This document shows positions 17,593 to 27,800 of a stretch of 61,796 bases of DNA, in pieces (position 1 is the first letter of the stretch; the number at the start of each line of letters is the position of its first letter). A program made the position numbers and the translations under genes. The notes beneath the pieces are model-generated. The model saw only the letters and a program-made list of their open reading frames with translations, had not been told where the DNA came from and ran no database searches. The DNA lies in the sequence record SRR20825006_271, one strand, 5' to 3'.

Positions 17593-19248
17593 ATGCGTCG
17601 TAGCATGATTTTGTCAGCGGTTACCGCTGCGCTTATGGCTGGCACATCAGTTGCCCAGGCCGAAGATGTCATTTTGACAGCCGTCCCCCACCAAACAACA
17701 GCATTTGCTGAAGTTTACAACCCATTCAACCAAACATCAGATGTGCGCTCAGTTCGCGACTTCATGTTTGAGCAGCTTGTTGTGTTCAACCGTTTGCAAG
17801 GCGGTAAGCCTGAATATCGCTTGGCTGAGAGCTTCGAATATTCAGATGATTTGACTTCTGTTACGTTCAAAATTCGTGATGGCGTAAAATGGTCAGATGG
17901 TGAAACACTTGACGCAAATGACGTTTATTTCACATTCAATTTGATTAAAGAGCACCCAGCGCTGGATACACGTGCGCTTTGGGAAAAAATCGACAGCGTT
18001 GAGCTAATCGATGATAGCCATGTGAAAGTGAACTACAAAGAAGCCAGCACTGGTTTGATCTTTGACGTTGCGCGTATTCACACAGTGCCTGAGCATGTTT
18101 GGGCTGAAGTTGAAGACCCTGTAAGCTTCACCAACCCAAATCCAGTTGGCTCTGGCCCATTGACTGAAATCCGTCGCTTCACACCACAAGAATATGTGCA
18201 GTGCCGCAACCCACACTATTTCCAAGCTGATGATTTGGACATTGATTGCATGCGCTTCCCGCAAATCGCAACCAACGACCAAACTTTGACTGCTGCGGCA
18301 AAAGGTGAGTTGGATTGGTTTGGTTCATTCTTGCCAGACATCGAAAAAACCTATGTGGCGAAAGATCCTGAAAACCACAAATATTGGTTCCCAGGTGGTT
18401 CATTGGTTATCTTTAACCTGAACATGAACGCATCAGAAGAAGGCAACAAAGAAGCCTTTAGTGATGTGAACTTCCGTCGTGCCTTCTCTATGGCAATGGA
18501 CCGTCAAGCAATGGTTGACATTGCGGGTTATGGCTACCCAACCATCAACCAATATCCATCAGGCTTGGGCCGTGGTTACCACGCATGGAACAACCCAGAA
18601 GCTGACGCACAATATGGTCAATACACCGAATACAATATTGAAGGTGCAATGGCTCTGTTGGAAGAAGCTGGCTATAAAGATGCGGATGGCGATGGCTTCA
18701 TCGACACACCATCGGGCAAGCCAATCAAGTTTGACTTGATTGTACCTAACGGCTGGACTGACTGGGTAAACACAGTTCAATTGGCTGTTGAAGGTTTGAA
18801 CGAAGCCGGCGTTAATGCCAGCGTTTCAACACCTGAAGCTGCTGCTTGGACCCAGCAATTGCTGGACGGGTCTTACCAAGGTGCAATCAACGCGTTGGTT
18901 GTTGGCGTAACACCACATATGGCGTTTGACACGTTCCACTCTTCAAAAGCGATGGCGAGCCGTTTCTCTGTAACCGGTTACACCAATGGCGAGTTGGACA
19001 AGTTGCTTGATAGCTTCTTCAAAACTGCGGAAGAGTCTGAGCAGCGCGAGATCATGAACGAAATTCAGATGATCTTGTCTAAAGACATGCCGCACATCCC
19101 TGTGTTCAACAACCCATATTGGTACCAGTACAACACAGCACGCTTTGAAGGCTTCTTCTCTGCTGAGAATGATTATGCGGTTCCAACCGTACATGACGGT
19201 AACCCAGAGCGTATCCTTCACTTGCTTTCAATCAAGCCTAAGAGCTAG
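17593..19248 (+). CDS. Chito-oligosaccharide-binding protein (family 5 ABC SBP, Vibrio CBP-like)
   Basis: Signal peptide, RDGVKWSDGE, NPVGSGP, WTDW, WYQYNTARFEG; adjacent to chiS-like gene. Confidence 0.8.
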   Translation: MRRSMILSAVTAALMAGTSVAQAEDVILTAVPHQTTAFAEVYNPFNQTSDVRSVRDFMFEQLVVFNRLQGGKPEYRLAESFEYSDDLTSVTFKIRDGVKWSDGETLDANDVYFTFNLIKEHPALDTRALWEKIDSVELIDDSHVKVNYKEASTGLIFDVARIHTVPEHVWAEVEDPVSFTNPNPVGSGPLTEIRRFTPQEYVQCRNPHYFQADDLDIDCMRFPQIATNDQTLTAAAKGELDWFGSFLPDIEKTYVAKDPENHKYWFPGGSLVIFNLNMNASEEGNKEAFSDVNFRRAFSMAMDRQAMVDIAGYGYPTINQYPSGLGRGYHAWNNPEADAQYGQYTEYNIEGAMALLEEAGYKDADGDGFIDTPSGKPIKFDLIVPNGWTDWVNTVQLAVEGLNEAGVNASVSTPEAAAWTQQLLDGSYQGAINALVVGVTPHMAFDTFHSSKAMASRFSVTGYTNGELDKLLDSFFKTAEESEQREIMNEIQMILSKDMPHIPVFNNPYWYQYNTARFEGFFSAENDYAVPTVHDGNPERILHLLSIKPKS

Positions 19249-19276
19249 TCCCTCCCTTTTGAAAGCTTGAGATGGT

Positions 19277-19298
19277 GGGCGGTGCTTAGGCACCGCCC
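19277..19298 (+). terminator. Stem-loop after SBP gene
   Basis: GGGCGGTGC-TTAG-GCACCGCCC followed by TCTTT. Confidence 0.6.
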
Positions 19299-19324
19299 TC
19301 TTTGTAAAAGATCGGAAGACCAAA

Positions 19325-20302
19325 ATGTCATTCATCATTAGACGAATTATGTTTTATCTCGTCGCATTTTTGGTGGCGGCCACCATCAACTTTTTGCTGC
19401 CGCGCCTGATGCCGGGTAACCCCATTGATATTATGTTCGCCAATGCAGGCAACAGCTTGCCACCAGAAGCCAAAAAGGCTTTGGCCGAAACATTCGGCTT
19501 TGTGGAGCGGCCTCTTATTGAAGAATATTTTATCTATCTGAAATCCGTATTCTCTTGGGATTTTGGTGTTTCGATTAAAAAATATCCACTGACTGTGATG
19601 GATGTTTTGATGCAGGCTCTGCCTTGGACCCTGTTTTTGGCAGGGACCTCAGTTATCCTTGCTTTCTGCATTGGTTCTCTGTTGGGCATCTATGCTGCAT
19701 GGAAACGCGGCGGTAGTTTTGACAGCGTGATTTCACCTTCGGCCCTTGCGGTGCAGTCTGTGCCCGCCTTGGTGATCGGCATCACCACGCTTTATATCTT
19801 TGGTTTGGTGCTTGAGGTTTTGCCGACCAGCTATGCCTATGATCCTTCAATCGATCCCGGCTTTACTTGGGAATATCTCAGCTCTGTTTTCTATCATGCA
19901 TTGATGCCAATCGGCACTTTGGCCTTTGTATCCATCGGTGGTTATTTGATCACCATGCGCAACAATATGATTGGGCAATTGGGTGAAGAGCATGTGGTGA
20001 TGGGCCACGCCAAAGGCCTGTCGGACAAGCGTGTACGCTATAATTATGCGGCGCGGAATGCCTTGTTGCCATCAATGACCGCATTTGCGTTGAGCTTGGG
20101 CTCAGTTATGGGCGGCTCTTTGATCATTGAGATCGTGTTTAACTATCCTGGGCTTGGCAATATTTTGTTCCAAGGCATCATTGCCCGCGATTATCCGCTG
20201 ATCCAAGGTCAGTTGATCATCATGACTTTGGCCATGCTGACAGCGAACCTTTTGATCGACTTCATCTATATTTTCCTCGATCCCCGTCTGCGGAAGGCAT
20301 AA
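19325..20302 (+). CDS. ABC transporter permease (OppB/DppB-like)
   Basis: PRLMPGNP, AKGLS..RNALLP EAA loop, IEIVFNYPGLG, DPRLR. Confidence 0.92.
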   Translation: MSFIIRRIMFYLVAFLVAATINFLLPRLMPGNPIDIMFANAGNSLPPEAKKALAETFGFVERPLIEEYFIYLKSVFSWDFGVSIKKYPLTVMDVLMQALPWTLFLAGTSVILAFCIGSLLGIYAAWKRGGSFDSVISPSALAVQSVPALVIGITTLYIFGLVLEVLPTSYAYDPSIDPGFTWEYLSSVFYHALMPIGTLAFVSIGGYLITMRNNMIGQLGEEHVVMGHAKGLSDKRVRYNYAARNALLPSMTAFALSLGSVMGGSLIIEIVFNYPGLGNILFQGIIARDYPLIQGQLIIMTLAMLTANLLIDFIYIFLDPRLRKA

Positions 20303-20305
20303 ATC

Positions 20306-21220
20306 ATGTTGAAATTTTTCTCGATTGTTATGCGTAACAAAAAAGCGACCGCAGGCATGTTGATTGTGTTGGCTTACATCGCTCTGGCGCTGGCAGCACC
20401 TTTGATCACCAGCCACGACCCGGCTAAACGGGTGGCGCGGCCACACCAAGCGCCGAGTGTGGAGCATGTGATGGGGTCAACACGCATGGGCCGCGATGTT
20501 TACACCCAATTTGTTTGGGGCACGCGCACTTCTTTGATGGTTGGTTTTTCCGCCGGGTTGATCGTGACCGTGATCGGCACATTGATCGGCGTGACCGCAG
20601 GCTATTTTGGCGGGGTTATTGATGAAAGTTTGAACTTCATCACCAATATTGCATTGGTCATACCCCAATTGCCCTTATTGTTGGTGCTGGCGGCCTTTAT
20701 CGGTAAATCCGACCCCTTTATGATCGCGCTGATTATCGGCTTAACGTCCTGGGCGTGGGGGGCACGGGTCACCCGTGCCCAGACCTTGACCCTGCGACGG
20801 CGCGAGTTTGTTGAAGCTTCAGAGCAAATTGGTGAACCAAGCTGGCGGATCATTTGCATCGAATTGATGCCTAACCTGTTGTCCATCATCGGCTTCAACT
20901 TTATCGGGTCAGTGGTTTACACCATCATCACCCAGGCGACACTTGAGTTCTTGGGACTTGGCGACCCGCTCGCAGTGTCATGGGGCAACATGCTTTATAA
21001 CGCCCAAACCTCGTCAGCGATCACCGTTGGTGCTTGGTGGGAAATGTTTGCGCCATGTTTCGCCATCGTGACCATCGGCATTGGCTTGAGCTTGCTGAAC
21101 TTCGGCGTTGATGAAATCTCAAACCCTCGTTTGCGGACATTGGGTGCCATCAACAAAGCGGTGAAAGCGCAGAAGAAATTTGACCGCAGCTATAAAAGCG
21201 CGAAGGGAGCTGCATCATGA
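20306..21220 (+). CDS. ABC transporter permease (OppC/DppC-like)
   Basis: HVMGSTRMGRDV, EFVEASEQIG, FLGLG, SWGNML. Confidence 0.92.
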   Translation: MLKFFSIVMRNKKATAGMLIVLAYIALALAAPLITSHDPAKRVARPHQAPSVEHVMGSTRMGRDVYTQFVWGTRTSLMVGFSAGLIVTVIGTLIGVTAGYFGGVIDESLNFITNIALVIPQLPLLLVLAAFIGKSDPFMIALIIGLTSWAWGARVTRAQTLTLRRREFVEASEQIGEPSWRIICIELMPNLLSIIGFNFIGSVVYTIITQATLEFLGLGDPLAVSWGNMLYNAQTSSAITVGAWWEMFAPCFAIVTIGIGLSLLNFGVDEISNPRLRTLGAINKAVKAQKKFDRSYKSAKGAAS

Positions 21221-22026
21221 CACAATCAGAACGGTTCCTAGACGTTAAAGACCTCAAGGTCGATTACATGACCCTTGACGGTCCATTTCGGGCGGTGAAA
21301 GGCGTTGATTTGCATATCAATCGCGGCGAAGTGCTTGGCCTTGCCGGGGAAAGCGGATGTGGGAAATCCACCATTGCTTACGCATTGATGCGTTTGCACC
21401 GACCACCTGCTTTTATTGCTGGCGGTGACATCACCGTGGATGGTGAAGATGTGCTGGCATTTGATGAAGAAACATTGGCGCAATGGCGTTGGAGCAAAGT
21501 GTCTTTGGTGTTCCAAAGCGCCATGAATGCGCTCAATCCGGTATTGACCATTTTTGAGCAATTCCGTGATGTTTATCATCGCCATACTGGTAAAAGCACT
21601 GAAGAAGCACGTGCTCGCGCTGTTGAGTTGATGGAATTGGTGGGCATTGATCCGGTGCGACTTGATGATTATCCGCACCAATTGTCCGGTGGCATGCGGC
21701 AGCGTGTGGTGTTGGCCAATGCGCTTATTCTTGAACCGCAAATGATCATTATGGATGAGCCAACCACAGCGTTAGACGTTGTGGTACAGCGGGAAATCTT
21801 GCAAGAAATTGCGGGGCTGCAGAAGAAGTTTGGCTTTTCAATTTTGTTCATTACCCACGATTTGGCGCTGATGTCGCAATTTGCGGATCGCATTGCAATC
21901 ATGCTGAAAGGCGAGATTGTGGAAGTGAACAGTGCGCATGAAATTTTGCACAATCCGCAACATGATTACACCAAGCAATTGTGGGATGCGATGCCCAGCT
22001 TTGAAGATGCTGAGGGAGTGGCGTAA
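21217..22026 (+). CDS. ABC transporter ATP-binding protein (OppD-like)
   Basis: GESGCGKS, YPHQLSGGMRQR, DEPTTALD. Confidence 0.93.
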   Translation: MTQSERFLDVKDLKVDYMTLDGPFRAVKGVDLHINRGEVLGLAGESGCGKSTIAYALMRLHRPPAFIAGGDITVDGEDVLAFDEETLAQWRWSKVSLVFQSAMNALNPVLTIFEQFRDVYHRHTGKSTEEARARAVELMELVGIDPVRLDDYPHQLSGGMRQRVVLANALILEPQMIIMDEPTTALDVVVQREILQEIAGLQKKFGFSILFITHDLALMSQFADRIAIMLKGEIVEVNSAHEILHNPQHDYTKQLWDAMPSFEDAEGVA

Positions 22027-22953
22027 ATGACTGACCAACCCTATTTGGAAGTGAAGGGCGTTTCGAAAACCTACACGCTCAAAACCATCTTTAGTGGCTC
22101 AAAACAGGTTAAAGCACTGCAGGATATTTCCTTTAAACTTGGCCGGGGTGAAGCCTTGGCCTTGGTGGGGGAAAGTGGCTCAGGCAAATCCACTTGTGGT
22201 CGCGCGATTGCAGGCATGTTTGATATTGATGCAGGCGATATTCTGGTGAATGGCAAAAGCATCACCAGCGCCCGCAACTCAAAAGAAAAGCGTGAAAATG
22301 CACGCAAAGTGCAAATGGTGTTTCAAGACCCATTTGCCTCGCTAAACCCTACGCACACTGTACGCCATCATCTGGCACGTCCGCTCAGCCTGCACAGTCG
22401 GGTGCCTGACGGATCTACCCTTGAACAAGAGGTGATCCGCACGCTGGAAGATGTGGAGTTGGACCCTTCTGTGATGTTGGACAAGTACCCGCATGAGCTT
22501 TCTGGCGGACAACGTCAGCGGATCAATTTGGCCCGCGCTTTGGCTGTTGGGGCGGAATTGATTATCGCTGATGAACCTACGTCAATGCTTGATGTGTCGA
22601 TCCGTCGGTCTATTTTGAACTTGATGAACCGTCTTAAAAAAGAACGTGGCATTACATTTTTGTACATCACGCACGATTTGGCGACGGCGCATTATTTGAC
22701 CGAGAATACTGCGGTTATGTTTGGTGGGCGCATTGTTGAGTTCGGACCATCGGACATGATCGTTCGTGACCCACAACATGCATATTCAAAGCTGCTTTTG
22801 TCCTCTGTGCCGAATGCGCATACGCGGATCAATGCTGACTTTGAACATGCACGTGACTTTTCCAAATTTGCCGATAAGGTGCGGGCTGAAACGGCGGCTA
22901 GCACTGGGGCGTTGGAAGAGATTTCGACTGGCCGGTTTGTGCGGGCAGCCTAA
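22027..22953 (+). CDS. ABC transporter ATP-binding protein (OppF-like)
   Basis: GESGSGKS, YPHELSGGQRQR, DEPTSMLD. Confidence 0.93.
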   Translation: MTDQPYLEVKGVSKTYTLKTIFSGSKQVKALQDISFKLGRGEALALVGESGSGKSTCGRAIAGMFDIDAGDILVNGKSITSARNSKEKRENARKVQMVFQDPFASLNPTHTVRHHLARPLSLHSRVPDGSTLEQEVIRTLEDVELDPSVMLDKYPHELSGGQRQRINLARALAVGAELIIADEPTSMLDVSIRRSILNLMNRLKKERGITFLYITHDLATAHYLTENTAVMFGGRIVEFGPSDMIVRDPQHAYSKLLLSSVPNAHTRINADFEHARDFSKFADKVRAETAASTGALEEISTGRFVRAA

Positions 22954-22973
22954 TATATTGAAGGAGGTCATTG

Positions 22974-23582
22974 ATGGCGGATTTGTCTAAATTTTTTGTG
23001 CGTGCTGCGCGCCTTGAAGACGAAGTTGCCATCAGTGATATTTGCGTGCGCACTGCAGCAAGCGGTGAGGACGCCCGTGATCGCTATTCTCGCTTAGATT
23101 TGCCCGGTATGATTTGGGCGGTGCCTTATGTGCATTTTAATGCTGACCATTGTTTTGTCGTGGACAATGGCACGGGCGAGGCGGTGGGTTACATCGTGAC
23201 AGCTGCGAATACGCGGGCATATGAAGCTTGGCAAAAAGACAATTGGTGGCCAAGGGTTGCGTCATTTTTGCAAGAGTTTGAGCCACAAACCGAGGGTGAT
23301 CGCAACTTTCTGACTTCGCTGGCGCAAAACCAACAACCTGCCCCAGATTATGCCGACGATTATCCGGCGCATTTGCACATCAATTTGTTGCCACCATCGC
23401 AAGGTGATGGGTTTGGCGGTAAGTTGATGCGTGCCGCATTAGACAAGTTGCGGGCAGATGGCGTAAGTGGCATCCATTTGGGCGTGAACCGCGAGAACCA
23501 CCGTGCGATTGGCTTTTATAAGGCCATGGGGTTTGAGCAAATTGCAGACAATGGTGCCCCTATCTTCGCGCGGACGCTCTGA
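22974..23582 (+). CDS. GNAT-family N-acetyltransferase
   Basis: YPAHLHINLLP, QGDGFG acetyl-CoA loop, N.RAIGFYKAMGF; AAGGAGG RBS. Confidence 0.85.
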   Translation: MADLSKFFVRAARLEDEVAISDICVRTAASGEDARDRYSRLDLPGMIWAVPYVHFNADHCFVVDNGTGEAVGYIVTAANTRAYEAWQKDNWWPRVASFLQEFEPQTEGDRNFLTSLAQNQQPAPDYADDYPAHLHINLLPPSQGDGFGGKLMRAALDKLRADGVSGIHLGVNRENHRAIGFYKAMGFEQIADNGAPIFARTL

Positions 23583-23594
23583 TCTTATATTCGC

Positions 23595-24089
23595 CTACGC
23601 CGCGCGGAGGCGGGCGCGTATATATTTTGCGGCAGATCGATAATGGCTAGGGCCTGCGGCTTCTGCCCATCGGCCAGGTGTCCAATCATTGTTCGCGCCT
23701 TTCATCGGCCCGCCATAAAGCTGCTGATCGCTATGCGAGACCATAAATTCGCGTAACTTTTCATGATTGTTTTGCAACAATGCCTTTGCGTCAGGCCAAG
23801 AGAGATTGGCCTGTTGTGCACGCAGGTTCGCATTGTATTTCTTCAACTCATTCCATTTATAGCCTTTTGCTGGGAAAAACACTTCCTTGCCCGCTTGGCC
23901 GTCCGCGTACCAACCGAGAAACAGCTCGATCCAATGTGCGCGGTGTCCCACCACGTCTTTTATGCTTGTGTCGTCTTGGTCTTTTTGCAGGGCAAAATCA
24001 TCTTGTATGTCCGACAGTAGTTTTTGCAGTTTTGCATATTCTTTATTGGTGACCGCAATCAGGTCTTCTTTTGATGTGGCAGCAGGCAT
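23595..24089 (-). CDS. ClbS/DfsB-family (DUF1706) four-helix-bundle protein
   Basis: MPAATSKEDL, KDVVGHRAHW...WY..G, FPAKGYKWN, SHY motifs. Confidence 0.8.
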   Translation of the reverse strand: MPAATSKEDLIAVTNKEYAKLQKLLSDIQDDFALQKDQDDTSIKDVVGHRAHWIELFLGWYADGQAGKEVFFPAKGYKWNELKKYNANLRAQQANLSWPDAKALLQNNHEKLREFMVSHSDQQLYGGPMKGANNDWTPGRWAEAAGPSHYRSAAKYIRARLRAA

Positions 24090-24263
24090 AGCTCTCTCCT
24101 TTGCCCCCTATGCTGCTTCATTGGGCGGAACTTTCCATGATCTGCATCAACTTTTGTTTCCAGATCATCGGTGCTTAACCCTAATTCGTGGATTCGTTAG
24201 ATCAAGAAAACATTCAATAAATTGTAAGGGAATTCGACCTATAAAGGGGGTAGGAGAGATAAC

Positions 24264-26621
24264 ATGTTGCGTGTGATTAATTGTATTGCGTATGCACACG
24301 ACCTGATTTTGGTGGCCCTTGCTGCAATGATTTGCGCGTCGGGTGCTTTCGTGTCTGTACATTTGCTCAAAAAGGTATTTGCCACTAAATCGCGGGCGCG
24401 ATTTGCGTGGGGATTTATTGGTGCGATTGCGGCCGGGTCAACTATTTGGTGCACCCATTATGTTGCCATGCTCGCTTTTGAACCGGGTGTTCCGGTTGCC
24501 TATGATTTCGGGCCGACATTAATCTCGCTCATTGTTGCCATTCTTGGCTGCATCGCTGCATATGGCTTGGCGGGTGAACGTTTTGCGTTTGCCGCACCTA
24601 TTGGTGGCGCAACCTTCGGGCTGGCGATTTCCGCCATGCACTATATGGGCATGACCGCTTTTTCAGCGCGGGCGCTAACCGCGTGGGACATGAATTATGT
24701 TGCTGCATCCGTTTTCCTTGCAGTCCTTTTAGGGGCGCTGACATTTTGGTTGATGCAGAATATGCGTGGCGCGCGCAGCATTGCTGCGGGCACGGGCACA
24801 ATGGTGTTGGCCATTGTGAGCCTGCATTTCACCGGCATGGCCGCGCTTGAGATTACACCATTGGCACCTGCCAGTGGCGACGTAACCGCGGTCGAAGCGC
24901 GTGATTTAATTGCGGCTGCCGTGGCAGGCGTATGTTTTCTGGTGTTGGGCACTGGGGCCGTGACCTATTTTCTTGATAACCAGGCACGCGCCTTTGCGTC
25001 GATCCGTTTGCGCCATTTGGCTGAAAGTGCTGTGGATGGCATGGCGGTGGTGCGCGGTGCCTTAATGGTTGAGGCCAACAGCGAATTTGCCCGTATGGTG
25101 AAGATGTCCAAAAAGGAAATCACAGGGCAGCCTGTGGCCAAATTTTTGGATCAAGTTGAGCAATATCAAGAAGGTGTTTTGAGCGCGACAGAGCTTAAGC
25201 GTGCCGATGGATCGAGCCTGCCGGTTGAACTTGCCGTGCAAACGGAACAGGTGAGCGAAGATGGTCAGCCTTTGACCATTTTGGCGTTGCGCGACATTAG
25301 CCAGCGTTTGGCACAGGAAGAGAAAATCACCTTCTTGGCGCAATATGACAGCCTGACCGGATTACGGAATCGTCCCACCTTTTTGGAGAATAGCCAAAGC
25401 ATTCTAGATTGGGGTGGCGAGGATGGTGATTACGCGGTGATTGCCATCGATTTGGATCGCTTCAAAGAAATCAACGATATGTATGGCCATGCTGCGGGTG
25501 ACAGCGTTTTGGGCAAAACGGGCAAACGGTTGAAAAAGGCTTTGGCGGCCCATCAGTTTGCGGCGCGTATCGGCGGCGACGAATTTGTTGTTTTCTCGAA
25601 AATCGAGTCCAAGGATGATGCAATCCAACTGGCTGAGCTGCTTGAACGCGAGTTGAACCAAGATATTGAGCATGATGGCGTAGTATTGCGATGTGAAGCG
25701 AGCTTCGGCATCGCGCTTTATCCAGAAGATGGACGGCAAATTAACACGCTTTTGAACAATGCTGATATGGCCATGTATCGGGCGAAATCATCTGATGATC
25801 AGCAGATTTGCCTTTATGATAAAGGCATGGACGACACCATTCGCAAGCGGCGCCAATTGGTGGATGAGTTGCGGTTGGCAATCCAAAGTGATCAGCTTGA
25901 ATTGCATTATCAAGTGCAGATGAATGTGCCGAAAGAAACCGTTGCGGGTTATGAAGCACTTGTGCGCTGGAACCACCCGACCAAAGGCATGTTGCCGCCA
26001 AATGTGTTTATTCCATTGGCAGAGCAAACTGGCCTGATTGTGATGTTGGGCGAATGGGTTTTGCGCACCGCTTGCCACGAGGCGGCGAGTTGGAGCAGCG
26101 GTCTTCCGGTTTCTGTGAACTTGTCGCCGGCTCAGCTCACCACGCCGAATTTTGTTGAGCAAGTGCAGGACATTTTGCTGGAAAGCGGTTTGGCCCCTCA
26201 GCGGTTGGAACTTGAAGTGACTGAAACCACTTTTATCGCCGACCAGAAAAAAGCCATTTCTGTGCTTGAGCGATTAAAGGCGCTTGGTATCTCTATTTCA
26301 GTGGATGATTTTGGCACTGGCTATTCGTCACTCGCCATGTTGCGGGCGTTCCCATTTGACAAAATCAAGCTCGATAAATCTTTGATCGATGACATTGATA
26401 ATAATTATAAATCCAAAGGCGTGTTCAGAGCCGTGCTGTCCTTAGGAGATGCGCTTTCGGTGCCGATTTTGGCGGAAGGGGTTGAGAATAAGGAACAGCT
26501 CGCCTTCCTGCTGGAGCATGGATGTCAATTGGTTCAAGGCTATTATTATGGCAAGCCAGAGCCTTTTTCCGCACCGGGCAAAGTAACCTTTGTTGAGCCG
26601 GACAAGAAAAAGATCAGCTAA
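24264..26621 (+). CDS. MHYT-PAS-GGDEF-EAL diguanylate cyclase/phosphodiesterase
   Basis: TM region with THY/MHYM/LHFT repeats; DLDRFKEIND..GH..GD, intact GGDEF; YEAL, DDFGTGYSSL, AEGVE. Confidence 0.92.
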   Translation: MLRVINCIAYAHDLILVALAAMICASGAFVSVHLLKKVFATKSRARFAWGFIGAIAAGSTIWCTHYVAMLAFEPGVPVAYDFGPTLISLIVAILGCIAAYGLAGERFAFAAPIGGATFGLAISAMHYMGMTAFSARALTAWDMNYVAASVFLAVLLGALTFWLMQNMRGARSIAAGTGTMVLAIVSLHFTGMAALEITPLAPASGDVTAVEARDLIAAAVAGVCFLVLGTGAVTYFLDNQARAFASIRLRHLAESAVDGMAVVRGALMVEANSEFARMVKMSKKEITGQPVAKFLDQVEQYQEGVLSATELKRADGSSLPVELAVQTEQVSEDGQPLTILALRDISQRLAQEEKITFLAQYDSLTGLRNRPTFLENSQSILDWGGEDGDYAVIAIDLDRFKEINDMYGHAAGDSVLGKTGKRLKKALAAHQFAARIGGDEFVVFSKIESKDDAIQLAELLERELNQDIEHDGVVLRCEASFGIALYPEDGRQINTLLNNADMAMYRAKSSDDQQICLYDKGMDDTIRKRRQLVDELRLAIQSDQLELHYQVQMNVPKETVAGYEALVRWNHPTKGMLPPNVFIPLAEQTGLIVMLGEWVLRTACHEAASWSSGLPVSVNLSPAQLTTPNFVEQVQDILLESGLAPQRLELEVTETTFIADQKKAISVLERLKALGISISVDDFGTGYSSLAMLRAFPFDKIKLDKSLIDDIDNNYKSKGVFRAVLSLGDALSVPILAEGVENKEQLAFLLEHGCQLVQGYYYGKPEPFSAPGKVTFVEPDKKKIS

Positions 26622-26678
26622 GCTGCACAAAATTCAACATGACTTGCCAAGGCTTATAAATTGGTGTGTCATGTTGAA

Positions 26679-27689
26679 ATGGACACAGTTGATCTTTCCC
26701 CTGTCACTTCAGTTTCATTGAATAAAAACGCTTTGCAAGTTCGCGACAGCGTTTTTTGTGACTCGCATTGCGAGCAATTCAGCGCACAAGATGTGCTGTT
26801 GCGCTTTGCTAATGATCGGGGAGAAGGCGCGGTTGAGTTCATTGAATTTTGCCCTGAATTCAATGTGATTTTGAGCAAGTGCTTTTGGAAAGACAGTGGC
26901 TATTTGCGTTATCAAGGCGAAGGTTGGGTACGATTCAATTTTAGCTTGGCCTCAGATGCCACATTTGTTTTTGATGATGCAGGGGCGTTTGACCTTAAAG
27001 GTTCCGAATTGCGCGTTTTCCATCAGCCAGAAGGTGTGGCCTGCGAGCATTTTATCCATGGAAATGCCAGTTCAGAATGTGTGACACTTTCCGTGCATGA
27101 AAGCTATTTGCGCCAACGGTTGCAAGACATGCCAGAATTGAGCGGGAGTTGCTTGGGGCAGCTTAGCTTTGGCGATAATCCCTTCTTTTTTGAACGGTTT
27201 TGGCAAACGCCTCAAACCTTGCGCATTGTGCGCGAACTATTGCATGTGCCTTATCAAGGGGCATTGCGATACAATTATGCGCGGGCAAAATGCGAAGAGC
27301 TGCTTATTGCTGCGTTCCATACGATGATTTTGACGGATCGAACGCCAATGCCTTTGCGCATGCGCGATGGCGATTGGGATCGAATTGATCAAGCGCGCAA
27401 GCATATTGAAGATGATTTGGTGCAAGTGCCCGCGGTGCCAGAACTGGCACGGCTGGTCGGGTTGAACCGCAATAAGCTTTCTTATGGGTTCAAACATAAG
27501 TTCAATATGAGTATTGGCCAATATATTGTCACAAAACGGATGGAATTGGCGTGGTATATGTTGGAGCGAGATCGGTGCAGCGTATCTGAGGTTGCCGCGT
27601 TGGTTGGCTACGAACATGTGGCCAGTTTCTCGGCGGCATTTAAAGCTCATTTTGGACTGTCGCCTAAGTTGGTGACGCTGCCCCGCTAG
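26679..27689 (+). CDS. AraC-family transcriptional regulator
   Basis: C-terminal double HTH ELARLVGLNRNKL..GFK...SEVAALVGYEHVASFSAAFKAHFGLSP; start could be 26661. Confidence 0.9.
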   Translation: MDTVDLSPVTSVSLNKNALQVRDSVFCDSHCEQFSAQDVLLRFANDRGEGAVEFIEFCPEFNVILSKCFWKDSGYLRYQGEGWVRFNFSLASDATFVFDDAGAFDLKGSELRVFHQPEGVACEHFIHGNASSECVTLSVHESYLRQRLQDMPELSGSCLGQLSFGDNPFFFERFWQTPQTLRIVRELLHVPYQGALRYNYARAKCEELLIAAFHTMILTDRTPMPLRMRDGDWDRIDQARKHIEDDLVQVPAVPELARLVGLNRNKLSYGFKHKFNMSIGQYIVTKRMELAWYMLERDRCSVSEVAALVGYEHVASFSAAFKAHFGLSPKLVTLPR

Positions 27690-27800
27690 GCCAAGACTTT
27701 CAAATTGTGCTGATTTCCTAAATCTTTGTGATAAGCGCCAAAAACAGCCCGCACCATGGCTGCTAATCTTCTTGAGTTGATTTCTTGAGGAGGAGCAGAA

